Assembly: GCA_024638845.1 (NCBI GenBank)
Contig: JAHEJN010000007.1
Span: 6,610-70,609, forward strand
Source: Acidimicrobiales bacterium
GTDB lineage: Bacteria > Actinomycetota > Acidimicrobiia > Acidimicrobiales > JAHEJN01
DNA: 64,000 nt
Direction: 5' to 3'
Part shown: positions 42,038 through 51,084 of the stretch, in pieces
How positions within the stretch are numbered: position 1 is the stretch's first letter
How the letters are laid out: the number at the start of each line of letters is the position of its first letter
The notes under the pieces: generated by a model
Database searches by the model: none
What the model was told of the DNA's origin: nothing
What the model saw: the letters and a program-made list of their open reading frames with translations, nothing else
Position numbers and translations under genes: made by a program

Positions 42038-43231
42038 ATGCAGCGCATCGCGATCGTCGGTGCCTCCCTCGCCGGTCTTCGGGCCGCCCAGGAGCTGCGT
42101 CGACGGGGCTTCACGGGGAACGTCCGGCTGATCGGAGCCGACCCCGAGCTTCCCTACGACCGCCCACCGCTGTCGAAGCAGGTCCTGGCGGGGGAGTGGG
42201 AGCCGGCGCGGGCGATGCTGATCGACCGCAAGGCGCTGCGCAGCGACGACATCGAGATCTCGACCGGCACCGCGGTCACCAGCCTCGACCTCGGCGGGCG
42301 CCGCCTGTCGACCGAGCACGAGAGCATCGACTACGACGGTCTCGTGATCGCCACCGGTGCACGGCCCCGACGCCTGCCGACGGCCACGCCGGCCGGTGTG
42401 CACGAGCTGCGCACGCTCGCCGACGCACGAAGTCTCGTCGCCGATCTGAGCGACGGCCCGCAGACGATCGTCGTGGTGGGTGCAGGGTTCATCGGCGCCG
42501 AGGTGGCCGCCACGTGCCGATCACAGGGGCATCGAGTAACGATCGTCGAGGTCGCGCCGGTGCCGATGGAGCGTGCCGTCGGCGCCGAGATGGGCGCCGT
42601 CATGGCCGATCTCCACCGACGCCACGGTGTCGATGTTCGCCTTGGAGTGGCCGTCGATCAGTTCGTCGGCGACGAACGAGTGGCCGGCGTCGAGCTCGGT
42701 GACGGTTCCACCCTGGAGGCCGACGTGGTCGTGGTCGGGATCGGGGTGGTGCCCAACACCGAGTGGCTCGAGGGATCGGGCCTCGTCCTCGACAATGGCG
42801 TCGTATGCGATGCGACACTGCTGGCGGCTCCGGGCGTGGTGGCTGCCGGTGATGTCGCCCGTTGGCCGAATCTGCTCTTCGACGAGACCATGCGCATCGA
42901 GCACTGGGACAATGCCGGCGACCAGGCGGCAGCCGCCGCGCGTCGCCTGCTCGCCACCGGAGCCGAGGCCCAAGCCTTCACACCGGTGCCGTGGTTCTGG
43001 AGTGATCAGTACGACCGCAAGGTGCAGGTGGCCGGACGCACGAACGACGCCGACGAGGTCGTGGTCGCCCACGGTGCTGTCGACGAGGGCCGGTTCGTTG
43101 CGCTCTACCGCCGAGGTGAGCGCCTGGCCGGAGCCTTCGGCATGAACCGACCCCGTCACGTCATTTCGTCGCGAGCCCTGATCGCAGAGCGGGGCTCCTT
43201 TGCCGAGGCGATCGATCGACTGACCGACTGA
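42038..43231 (+). CDS. FAD-dependent ferredoxin--NAD(P)+ reductase
   Basis: IAIVGASLAGLRAA, VVVGAGFIGAEVA and the C-terminal reductase dimerisation domain (FWSDQYD). Confidence 0.85.
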   Translation: MQRIAIVGASLAGLRAAQELRRRGFTGNVRLIGADPELPYDRPPLSKQVLAGEWEPARAMLIDRKALRSDDIEISTGTAVTSLDLGGRRLSTEHESIDYDGLVIATGARPRRLPTATPAGVHELRTLADARSLVADLSDGPQTIVVVGAGFIGAEVAATCRSQGHRVTIVEVAPVPMERAVGAEMGAVMADLHRRHGVDVRLGVAVDQFVGDERVAGVELGDGSTLEADVVVVGIGVVPNTEWLEGSGLVLDNGVVCDATLLAAPGVVAAGDVARWPNLLFDETMRIEHWDNAGDQAAAAARRLLATGAEAQAFTPVPWFWSDQYDRKVQVAGRTNDADEVVVAHGAVDEGRFVALYRRGERLAGAFGMNRPRHVISSRALIAERGSFAEAIDRLTD

Positions 43232-43275
43232 CCACGGAGGGCATCACCGGCCCGGAGGCCTCGGCGCCCTAGCTT

Positions 43276-43782
43276 TTGGCCATGGATGCCGCTCTCCCCA
43301 TCGTTGTCGTCACACCCACCCACATCTACGAGGGTTCGATCGCCGTCGCCAAACGTCTCCAGGAAGTGCTCAACGACGAGCTCACCGACTTCGTGCACAT
43401 GGACAACGTCAGCGTCGTCAGGCTGTCGGACCCCGACGTCACCATCCACGAGGCCGCCGAGATGAGCGTGGCGAAGGGCAGCATGACCTTCGTCCTCATC
43501 AACACCGAACAACACGAGGACCCCAAGACACGGGTGAGCCATCTCATGCCGAAGACGGCTCAGCCGGTCTTTATCGGGGCAGTGGGCAGTGAGCTCAAGG
43601 GGCTGCTGCACCTGACCCGCCGCTACGACAGCCCGACCGATGCGATGTCGCTCGAGCTCCACAAGTTCTTCGCGATCACCGACGCAGTCCTCAGCTTTCC
43701 GGCCGTCGACGACGAGCCGGTGTACTCGCCGGTCGTCCTGGCCAACCGCAGCATGCTCACCGCGCTGTCGATCGAGACCTGA
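43276..43782 (+). CDS. Hypothetical protein (168 aa), apparently two similar halves
   Basis: Clear coding signal but no recognisable motifs. Its stop abuts the convergent gene's stop (TGATCA). Confidence 0.5.
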   Translation: MAMDAALPIVVVTPTHIYEGSIAVAKRLQEVLNDELTDFVHMDNVSVVRLSDPDVTIHEAAEMSVAKGSMTFVLINTEQHEDPKTRVSHLMPKTAQPVFIGAVGSELKGLLHLTRRYDSPTDAMSLELHKFFAITDAVLSFPAVDDEPVYSPVVLANRSMLTALSIET

Positions 43783-44943
43783 TCAGCGGTCGCCGATCGG
43801 CCACCTGTGGGTGAAGCAGCGGTCGTCGAGGACGCCGGGTGACCAGCGGCCCCACAGACCCAACGCCGCCCAACGGGTGCGCTCGGTCCACTGAAGACAG
43901 CTCGGCTCGTCCACCCGGTACGAGACCTGACGGATTCCGCCCTCGTGCACGGCGTACCCCGACCACACGCCGGGGTAGTCCTTGGGTGCACCGACCTCGA
44001 TCACCGGTATGCCTCGGTGGTCGCGTCGGCGGTTGCGATGGGTGTGCCCCGAGACGGTCACCGATGCCGGGGCGACGTCGGCCAGTCGGTCGAGGAACCG
44101 TCGGGCGTGATGGCCGGCGACGCCCGCCGGGAGAAAGGTGGGAAGGCGGTGGGTCTGGAGGTTGTGATGCAGGCAGACCATCACCGGCCCGTCGGCTTCG
44201 GCTGCCGCCTCGATGATCGCGTCGGCCACATGAGCGATGCCCCCGCGGTTGGTCCGGCGGATCGTCGTGTCGGCCAGGACGAGACGGACGCCGGGAAGGT
44301 CGCGGACGCGGACCGGTTCGGAGAGGTCGAAGCCGCCGCCGGCAGCGCCGGCGATTGGATCGATGCCGTGACGCGCGCTTGCTTCGTGGTTCCCGAGCAG
44401 GATGTCGGTCGTGACGGGGAGCGACGAGGCGATCTGGTTCGCCGTCGCCCACTCCTCGACGGTGCCCCGGTTCACCATGTCGCCTTTGAAAACGGCATGG
44501 TCGGGCTGCCAGGCAGCCATGGCACGAACGGCGGCCCGCAGGCATCGCTCGGCGCTCGCCGGCTCGGGGGTGGGCCGTTCGCGGATGGTCTTCAGGTAGC
44601 CGAACCGGTTTCCGCCGAGGTGGGCGTCGTTCACGGTGGCCACGCGAGCGAGGAGCTCGCCAGGCGGATCGATCGCCGTCGTGAATCGATGCCGGCAGTC
44701 GGCGAGGGCCAGCCCGTGGCCACCGATGGACAGGTCATAGGTGGTTCCGGGGGTGAGGTCGTCGAGCTTCAGTGCCCCGGGCCCGCCGTCGGTGTCGACG
44801 GTCGACGACCGCGTCGAACCGTCGGGAGCGGTGCAGGACACCCGCATCGGCCCGGGTCCGGCCCGACGCCACACGAGTTGTGCGGTCGAGGGTTCGACGG
44901 CGAAGACTGCGACCGCAGGTGGTCGGCGTGTGAGCCAGCGCAC
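43783..44943 (-). CDS. Metallophosphoesterase with an N-terminal beta-sandwich (purple-acid-phosphatase-like)
   Basis: GTG at 44943, directly after the pepN stop. VNDAHLG, GDMVNRG, GNHE and GHTH motifs. The track ORF's 614 aa includes an Arg-rich extension overlapping pepN, which I reject. Confidence 0.75.
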   Translation of the reverse strand: MRWLTRRPPAVAVFAVEPSTAQLVWRRAGPGPMRVSCTAPDGSTRSSTVDTDGGPGALKLDDLTPGTTYDLSIGGHGLALADCRHRFTTAIDPPGELLARVATVNDAHLGGNRFGYLKTIRERPTPEPASAERCLRAAVRAMAAWQPDHAVFKGDMVNRGTVEEWATANQIASSLPVTTDILLGNHEASARHGIDPIAGAAGGGFDLSEPVRVRDLPGVRLVLADTTIRRTNRGGIAHVADAIIEAAAEADGPVMVCLHHNLQTHRLPTFLPAGVAGHHARRFLDRLADVAPASVTVSGHTHRNRRRDHRGIPVIEVGAPKDYPGVWSGYAVHEGGIRQVSYRVDEPSCLQWTERTRWAALGLWGRWSPGVLDDRCFTHRWPIGDR

Positions 44944-44945
44944 GA

Positions 44946-47513
44946 TCAGCCGAGAACGGTGGGAACGCGGTCGCGAACACGAGCGCGGAGGCCGACGTTC
45001 ACCCGAAGCCGTTCGAGGTGCTGGGCGATGGTCTTGGCTCCCTGGTCGAGCGGATGCTCGAGGCAGAACGACTCGATCTCCGCGGCGAGAGGTTCGATCG
45101 AGAGCGACCGAATCCCGCCGAGCAGGTACACCATGCTGGTCGACGGGAACGCCGACACGATGAACGCCCAGTTGTCGACGACGTGGGTCCACGCCCGCGG
45201 GCCGTGGTGGCGGTTGCCCATCGCCAAGGCGAGCACGAAGGGTGCGTCCTGGGTGCGGATGGTGCCGTCGACGGTCATGGCCAACAGTCGCTCGAAGTCG
45301 GCGAGACCGGGGACTGCGGCGAGGGCGTAGGAGTAGCGACGTTCGTCCTGAGGGGTCTCGGCGTCGCGGAAGCGGCGTACCAGATCGTCGAACCGGCCGG
45401 TGTCGGCGACCGATGCGACCACACCGACTGCGGCGGCTCGCAGACTGGCGTCGGCCGACTCGTCGTCGAGCAGCGCGGCGGCGCGTTCGATGGTCGGCCC
45501 GTCGACCCCGATGGTGCCGAGGGTGCCGAAGGCCGCCGCACGGAGCTCGCCGGTGCGGTCGTCCTCCTCGGCCGCCGGGTCGGGGCCCAGCCGATCGAGT
45601 AGAGGACCGAGCAGACGCCTGACCCACGCGGCGTAGGCCCCTCGGGCGTCGTCAGCGAGGAGATGGTCGATGGCGTGGAGCGTGCCCAGGATGCGCTGCC
45701 AGACCGAGAGGTCGTCGTCGTCGACGAAGGTCTGCACCAGGTCGAGGTAGGCGGCGGGGTCGAGGACACCTGCGACCAGGGCCGCCCAGGCGTCATCGAT
45801 GAGCCCGTAGCGTTCTATGGGCGCAACCGCGCCCGGGGGTAGGCCGGCGAGGGCCGTGGCCGCAGCCGGTGAGTAGTCGACTCGGTAGAAGCCGGAGGCA
45901 TCGGCGTTGACGAGCACGGCATCGTGGGCCCCCACTTCGACGATGGCATCGGGGGATTCGAGCAGAACCGGTACCGAGCGGCTGGCGCCGTCGTGGTACA
46001 CGCGCAGGACGATCGGCACGCCCCACTGCTCGCCCGACTCGACGCCGTCGTACCGGAAGCGTCGTTGTCGGAGATGTACTCGGGTGTCGTCGACGAGGTC
46101 GATCGACACGAGCGGGTGCCCGCCTTGGAAGATCCACGAGTCCATGATGCGTCGCACCGGTTGGTTCGAGACATGCTCGAGGTCGTCCCACAGGTCGGTG
46201 GTCTCGGTCGATCCGTAGGCGTGGCTGGCGAGGTAGTACCGGACGCCGTCGCGAAAGACCGTGGGTGTCAGGTACTGCTCGAGCATGCGCACGACCGCGG
46301 CACCCTTCTCGTAGGTGAGCAGGTCGTACATGCCCTCGGCGTCGGCCGGTGACACCACCGGGTATTCGATGGGGCGGGTCTCGGCCAGGGCGTCGACATC
46401 GAAGGCGGCCGAGCGGGAGAGCCCGAAGTCGACCCAGCGTTCCCAATCGGGTCGCCACGCGTTGGTTGCGTGCATCTCCATGAAAGTGGCGAAGGCCTCC
46501 TTCAGCCAGATGCCCTCCCACCACTTCATGGTCACCAGGTCGCCGAACCACATGTGAGCGATCTCATGGGCGATCACGTCGACCGATCGCTGCTGCTCGC
46601 GTTGGGTGGACCGCTGTGGGTCGAGGAGGAGGAGGATCTCCCGGAAGGTGACCGCGCCGAGGTTCTCCATGGCGCCGGACGCGAAGTCCGGAATGGCGAG
46701 CAGGTCGAGCTTGTCGCCCGGATAGGGGATGGCGAAGTACTCCTCGAAGTGGGCGAGGGAGAACGCGGCTGCTTCCTTGGCGAAGTCGATCAGGTGGTCC
46801 TTGCCGGGCACGTGGATGATCCGAACGGAGGTGTCGCTCACGTGCACCGGATCGCTCGCCTCGAGGGGGCCGACCATGAAGGCCACGAGGTAGGTCGAGA
46901 GCAGCATCGTCGGTGCGAACCGCACCTCGCGTCGTCCGTCCTCGAGCATCTCCGAGGAGATCTGGCGGCCACACGAGATGGCGAGCAGGTCGGGGTCGAC
47001 GACGAGGGTGACGTCGAAAACCGCCTTGAGGTCGGGCTCGTCCCAGCACGGGAAGGCCCGGCGGGCATTTGTCGACTCGAACTGCGTCGTGGCAAGGACG
47101 TGAGTGGCGCCGTCGGTGTCGGAGAACGAGCTGCGGTAGAACCCGCGAAGCTTGTCGTTGAGGACGCCGTCGAAGTGCGTGACCAGGACGTACTCGCCGG
47201 GCGCGAGGGTCGTGGCCGGTCCGAACGTGGCCCGCTCGTGGTCCTCGTCGAGGCTGATGGTGCACGCGATCGGGCCGTCGGTCGACTCGACATGGGCACG
47301 AGTCACCTCGAGCTCGGCCGCATTGCAGACGAGCTCGGCGGTGGGCACGTGAACGGTGACGGTCGCTCGGCACGTACCGCGAAACGTTGCCGCGTCGAGG
47401 TCGGGTTCGAGACGCAGGCGGTAGTGCGAGGGGGTGGCAGCACGTGGCAACCGGTACGGGTTCTCGATCACGTCGGGATGGTACCGGCGTGGCTCGGGGC
47501 CGCTAGCCTGCAC
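44946..47513 (-). CDS. pepN: Aminopeptidase N (M1 family)
   Basis: GAMENLG exopeptidase motif and HEIAHMWFGDLVTMKWW...WLKEAFA zinc site. Confidence 0.93.
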   Translation of the reverse strand: MQASGPEPRRYHPDVIENPYRLPRAATPSHYRLRLEPDLDAATFRGTCRATVTVHVPTAELVCNAAELEVTRAHVESTDGPIACTISLDEDHERATFGPATTLAPGEYVLVTHFDGVLNDKLRGFYRSSFSDTDGATHVLATTQFESTNARRAFPCWDEPDLKAVFDVTLVVDPDLLAISCGRQISSEMLEDGRREVRFAPTMLLSTYLVAFMVGPLEASDPVHVSDTSVRIIHVPGKDHLIDFAKEAAAFSLAHFEEYFAIPYPGDKLDLLAIPDFASGAMENLGAVTFREILLLLDPQRSTQREQQRSVDVIAHEIAHMWFGDLVTMKWWEGIWLKEAFATFMEMHATNAWRPDWERWVDFGLSRSAAFDVDALAETRPIEYPVVSPADAEGMYDLLTYEKGAAVVRMLEQYLTPTVFRDGVRYYLASHAYGSTETTDLWDDLEHVSNQPVRRIMDSWIFQGGHPLVSIDLVDDTRVHLRQRRFRYDGVESGEQWGVPIVLRVYHDGASRSVPVLLESPDAIVEVGAHDAVLVNADASGFYRVDYSPAAATALAGLPPGAVAPIERYGLIDDAWAALVAGVLDPAAYLDLVQTFVDDDDLSVWQRILGTLHAIDHLLADDARGAYAAWVRRLLGPLLDRLGPDPAAEEDDRTGELRAAAFGTLGTIGVDGPTIERAAALLDDESADASLRAAAVGVVASVADTGRFDDLVRRFRDAETPQDERRYSYALAAVPGLADFERLLAMTVDGTIRTQDAPFVLALAMGNRHHGPRAWTHVVDNWAFIVSAFPSTSMVYLLGGIRSLSIEPLAAEIESFCLEHPLDQGAKTIAQHLERLRVNVGLRARVRDRVPTVLG

Positions 47514-47539
47514 GCCGTCGGAACAGAGGGGGCTCCAAC

Positions 47540-48550
47540 GTGAAGCAGTACGACGTCGTCGGCATCGGCAACGCCATCGTCGATGTCATCAGCACCGAGC
47601 ACGAGGATTTCATCGAGGAGCTCGGCCTGGCGCGTGGCGCCATGACACTCATCGACACCGAACGCGCCGTCGAGCTCTATGCGGCCATGGGCCCGGGTTC
47701 GGAGACGTCGGGCGGATCGGCGGCCAACACCATGGCCGGCGTTGCGTCCTTCGGCGGCACGGCCGGATTCATCGGCAAGGTGCGCAACGACCAACTGGGT
47801 GAGGTCTTCCGCCATGACATCCGAGCACTCGGGGTCGACTTCGACGTGGATGGTGCCGACGAGGGCCCCTCGACCGCTCGGTGTCTCATCGTCGTCACCC
47901 CCGATGCGGCCCGCACCATGAGCACCTATCTCGGCATCGCCGGGCACCTGCATCCCGAGGACATCGACACCGAGCTCGCCTCGATGGCCAAGGTGTTGTA
48001 CTGCGAGGGCTACATCTGGGACGTCGACATCACCAAGGAAGCGATACGCAAGGCCATCGAGGCGACCAAGGCCGCGGGCAACAAGATCAGCTTCACGCTG
48101 TCCGATGCGTTCTGTGTGCAGCGCCATCACGACGAGTGGCTCGACCTGGTCGACGGCACCATCGACATCCTCTTCGGCAACCAGACCGAGCTGGCCGCCC
48201 TCACCGGGACCGACGACTGGGATGCCTGCGTCGCCGCCGTCCAGGGCAAGGTCGAGGTCGCCTGCCTCACCCGGAGTGCCGAGGGCTCGCTGATCGTGAC
48301 CGCCGACGAGCGCATCTTCGTGCCGGCGGCACCGGTCGAGAAGGTGGTCGACACGACCGGTGCCGGCGATCTCTATGCCGCGGGGTTTCTCTACGGCTAC
48401 ACGCACGGACTCGATCTCGCGACGTGCGGCGAGCTGGCCTCGCTGGCAGCGGCCGAGGTGATCGGTCACCTCGGGGCTCGCCCGCTGGTGAACCTGGCCG
48501 AACTGGCGGCCCCGGTGTTGGAATCGCGCTCCTCGGAGCCTCAGGTCTGA
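47540..48550 (+). CDS. PfkB-family kinase, adenosine-kinase-like
   Basis: DVVGIGNAIVDV, GGSAANT and the C-terminal DTTGAGDLYAAGFLYG. Confidence 0.75.
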   Translation: MKQYDVVGIGNAIVDVISTEHEDFIEELGLARGAMTLIDTERAVELYAAMGPGSETSGGSAANTMAGVASFGGTAGFIGKVRNDQLGEVFRHDIRALGVDFDVDGADEGPSTARCLIVVTPDAARTMSTYLGIAGHLHPEDIDTELASMAKVLYCEGYIWDVDITKEAIRKAIEATKAAGNKISFTLSDAFCVQRHHDEWLDLVDGTIDILFGNQTELAALTGTDDWDACVAAVQGKVEVACLTRSAEGSLIVTADERIFVPAAPVEKVVDTTGAGDLYAAGFLYGYTHGLDLATCGELASLAAAEVIGHLGARPLVNLAELAAPVLESRSSEPQV

Positions 48551-48591
48551 CCGACAACGGTCAGCCTGGGTCGAACGGCTCGCTTGTGTCG

Positions 48592-48618
48592 CTCCGACAA
48601 TAATGATTATTATCGGAG
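48592..48618. promoter_or_regulatory. 27-bp AT-rich palindrome, candidate TetR operator
   Basis: ctccgacaataat-g-attattatcggag has 13-bp arms with one mismatch. It ends 2 nt before the TetR GTG start. Confidence 0.45.
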
Positions 48619-48619
48619 C

Positions 48620-49261
48620 GTGAACCGCGACCCCGAGACCGTCCGCGAATCCCACTCTGTCGAGGAGAGCGACGACCTACGCACCCGGCTCATCGACGCC
48701 GCCAACGAGGTCTTCGCCGAACGCGGCTACGACGGTGCCGGAGTGCACGAGATCGCCCGCCGCGCCGGCCTCACGACCGGCGCCATCTACAGCCGCTTCC
48801 GCGGCAAGGACGATCTGCTGCTCGAGGCCATCGACAAGTCGATGCCCGAGGAGATCGAGCGGCTGCTCTCGGGTCAGGTCGACGCCGACGCGGCCAGCAT
48901 CATCACCCAGCTCGGCAGCCACCTCGTCGTGGAGCGGCACGGTTCGTCGGTGCTGCTCGAGGCGATCGTCGCCTCCCGACGCGAACCCGCGCTCGCCGAG
49001 CGGATCGGCGGCCGACTCGACGACGACAGCCGCCGGCTCGCCAAGCTCGTCGACGAGGCGAAGTCGGCGGGCCTGGTCGACGACACGTACACGACCGAGG
49101 CCATAACGACGTTCTGCAACGCTGTCTCCTTCGGCATGTTGGTGACCAACGCCCTCGATCGAGACCTACCCGACCACGAAAGTTGGGATCGGCTGATCGC
49201 CGGTCTCGTGACCGCACTCGCACCGGCCCGACCGGACCCGACGACGGGGGAACCACTATGA
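48620..49261 (+). CDS. TetR-family transcriptional regulator
   Basis: GTG at 48620. HTH: AANEVFAERGYDGAGVHEIARRAGLTTGAIYSRFRGKDDLL. Confidence 0.85.
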   Translation: MNRDPETVRESHSVEESDDLRTRLIDAANEVFAERGYDGAGVHEIARRAGLTTGAIYSRFRGKDDLLLEAIDKSMPEEIERLLSGQVDADAASIITQLGSHLVVERHGSSVLLEAIVASRREPALAERIGGRLDDDSRRLAKLVDEAKSAGLVDDTYTTEAITTFCNAVSFGMLVTNALDRDLPDHESWDRLIAGLVTALAPARPDPTTGEPL

Positions 49262-50391
49262 GCATCTCCGATGCCGACATCCGTAACGACATCAACGATC
49301 CCGACCGCATCATGCAGCTCGCCGAGTTCAACTCGAACCCCGAGGAACTGATCCACGCGGTCACCGACAGCAGCGAGGCAATCTTCACCTGGAACTACGA
49401 GAAGGGAGAGCGGGCCAAGCTCGACAAGCTGTACGAGAAGGCGAAGACGTCGCAGTGGAACGCCCAGACCGATCTCGACTGGAGCATCGACGTCGATCCC
49501 TATACCGCGCTGGGCGTCCTGGCCGAGGGCGGCGACAACGGGTACTACGAGGCGCCCGAGTCCCCGTTCCATCACTTCGGCGACAAGGAGTGGAGCGAGT
49601 TCACCTACCAGTCCTTCGCCTGGCGTATGAGCCAGTTCCTCCACGGTGAGCAGGGCGCACTGCTGTGCACCGCCAAGATCGTCGAGACCGTTCCGTGGAT
49701 CGATGCCAAGTACTACGCGGCCACCCAGGTGGTCGACGAGGCCCGCCACGTCGAGGTTTTCGCCAAGTACCTCGACGAGAAGATCGGTACCGAGTACCCC
49801 ATCAGCCCCCACCTTCGCCTGCTGCTCGACGACATCATCACCGACAACCGGTGGGACATGACCTACCTCGGCATGCAGATCATGGTCGAAGGCCTGGCGC
49901 TGGCCGCCTTCGGATTCATGCACCAGTTCGCCGACGATCCGCTCCTCGTGAAGATGTTGCGCTACGTGATGAGCGACGAGGCCCGTCATGTCGCCTTCGG
50001 CGTGCTCAGCCTCCAAGAGCTCTACCCGCAGATGACCCAGGCCGAGATCCAGGAGCGCCAGGAGTTCGCGTTCGAGGCGGGCCTGCGCATGCGCGACCGT
50101 TTCCTCCAGCAAGAAGTGTGGGATCGCATGGGGGTGAATGTCCGCGAGGCGGTGAAGTACCAGCTGGCCGCGCCGGCCGAGTTCAAGCAGTTCCAGGCGC
50201 TGCTCTTCTCCAAGATCGTGCCCAACTGCAAGAAGCTGGGCTTGCTCGACGCCGGCGACGGGTGGCTCCGCAAGCGATTCGAGGAGATCGAGGTCATCCA
50301 GTTCGAGGACTGGGCCGACACCACCGAGGAGTACAGCGATCTCGACCAGGTTGCCGCCGATCGCAACGCCGAGCCCGCACCGGCCGGCTAG
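49258..50391 (+). CDS. Ferritin-like di-iron protein (AurF-like oxygenase family)
   Basis: ATG at 49258 overlaps the TetR stop (ATGA). Two DEARHV (ExxH) motifs plus the partner glutamates (HGEQGA, VEGLALA). Confidence 0.7.
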   Translation: MSISDADIRNDINDPDRIMQLAEFNSNPEELIHAVTDSSEAIFTWNYEKGERAKLDKLYEKAKTSQWNAQTDLDWSIDVDPYTALGVLAEGGDNGYYEAPESPFHHFGDKEWSEFTYQSFAWRMSQFLHGEQGALLCTAKIVETVPWIDAKYYAATQVVDEARHVEVFAKYLDEKIGTEYPISPHLRLLLDDIITDNRWDMTYLGMQIMVEGLALAAFGFMHQFADDPLLVKMLRYVMSDEARHVAFGVLSLQELYPQMTQAEIQERQEFAFEAGLRMRDRFLQQEVWDRMGVNVREAVKYQLAAPAEFKQFQALLFSKIVPNCKKLGLLDAGDGWLRKRFEEIEVIQFEDWADTTEEYSDLDQVAADRNAEPAPAG

Positions 50392-50415
50392 TCGAACCAC
50401 TGAGGAAGGGCCGAG

Positions 50416-51021
50416 TCAGTCGGCGAGAGGGTCCTCGGCCGGCCGGTAGACCAGCGCCAGATCGCCCAGCCGCACGAGCGTCGAGGTGATCCAACCGCCC
50501 ATCGAGGCGAAGTGGTCGTCGAGCTTCTTGCCGTCGTCGAGCGTGTGCTCGTCGAGCTCGTAGCTGCCCTCGTAGGACACCTCGATGGCGTACTCGGCGT
50601 CGCCGAGATCGTGCCCGTACACGGTCTCGATGGTGGGACCCGAGCGGACGAGGGTATGCGGCCCGATGGTCGACGACTCGCGGGGCAGAACCTTGATCAC
50701 CACGCTCGGATCGGGCGACTCGGCCAATCGCTGGATGCGCATGGTGATGCCGATGTCGATGTGGGGTGGGTCGGTCGGTGCGTCGCCGAGGTACCAGTCG
50801 CGGTACGCGGTCTGGGACCACGTCGACCACAACAGCGTGACGTCGGCCCTCACGCGGGCCGGCGCGCCCTCGCCAGGGAGGGAGTACGAGGTCTCCCAGC
50901 TCAGGTCACCCAACAGGATGTCGCTCTGGAAGCGCTCTTCGAAGGCCTGACGTTCGAGCAACGCCGCCTCGATCGCGTCGCGCAGTGCGCCGATGGCATC
51001 GGTGAAGACGTGATCGAGCAT
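50416..51021 (-). CDS. Hypothetical protein (201 aa)
   Basis: ATG at 51021 (MLDHVFTDAIG). The coherent coding frame is the 3' part of a 658-aa track ORF. The rest of that ORF is antisense to the mutase gene, and I reject it. Confidence 0.5.
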   Translation of the reverse strand: MLDHVFTDAIGALRDAIEAALLERQAFEERFQSDILLGDLSWETSYSLPGEGAPARVRADVTLLWSTWSQTAYRDWYLGDAPTDPPHIDIGITMRIQRLAESPDPSVVIKVLPRESSTIGPHTLVRSGPTIETVYGHDLGDAEYAIEVSYEGSYELDEHTLDDGKKLDDHFASMGGWITSTLVRLGDLALVYRPAEDPLAD

Positions 51022-51084
51022 CGTGTCGGACCCTATCGGCGGGTTCTCCGGGCCGGCGGCCGGCGGGCGTGGTTGACTGGGCGA

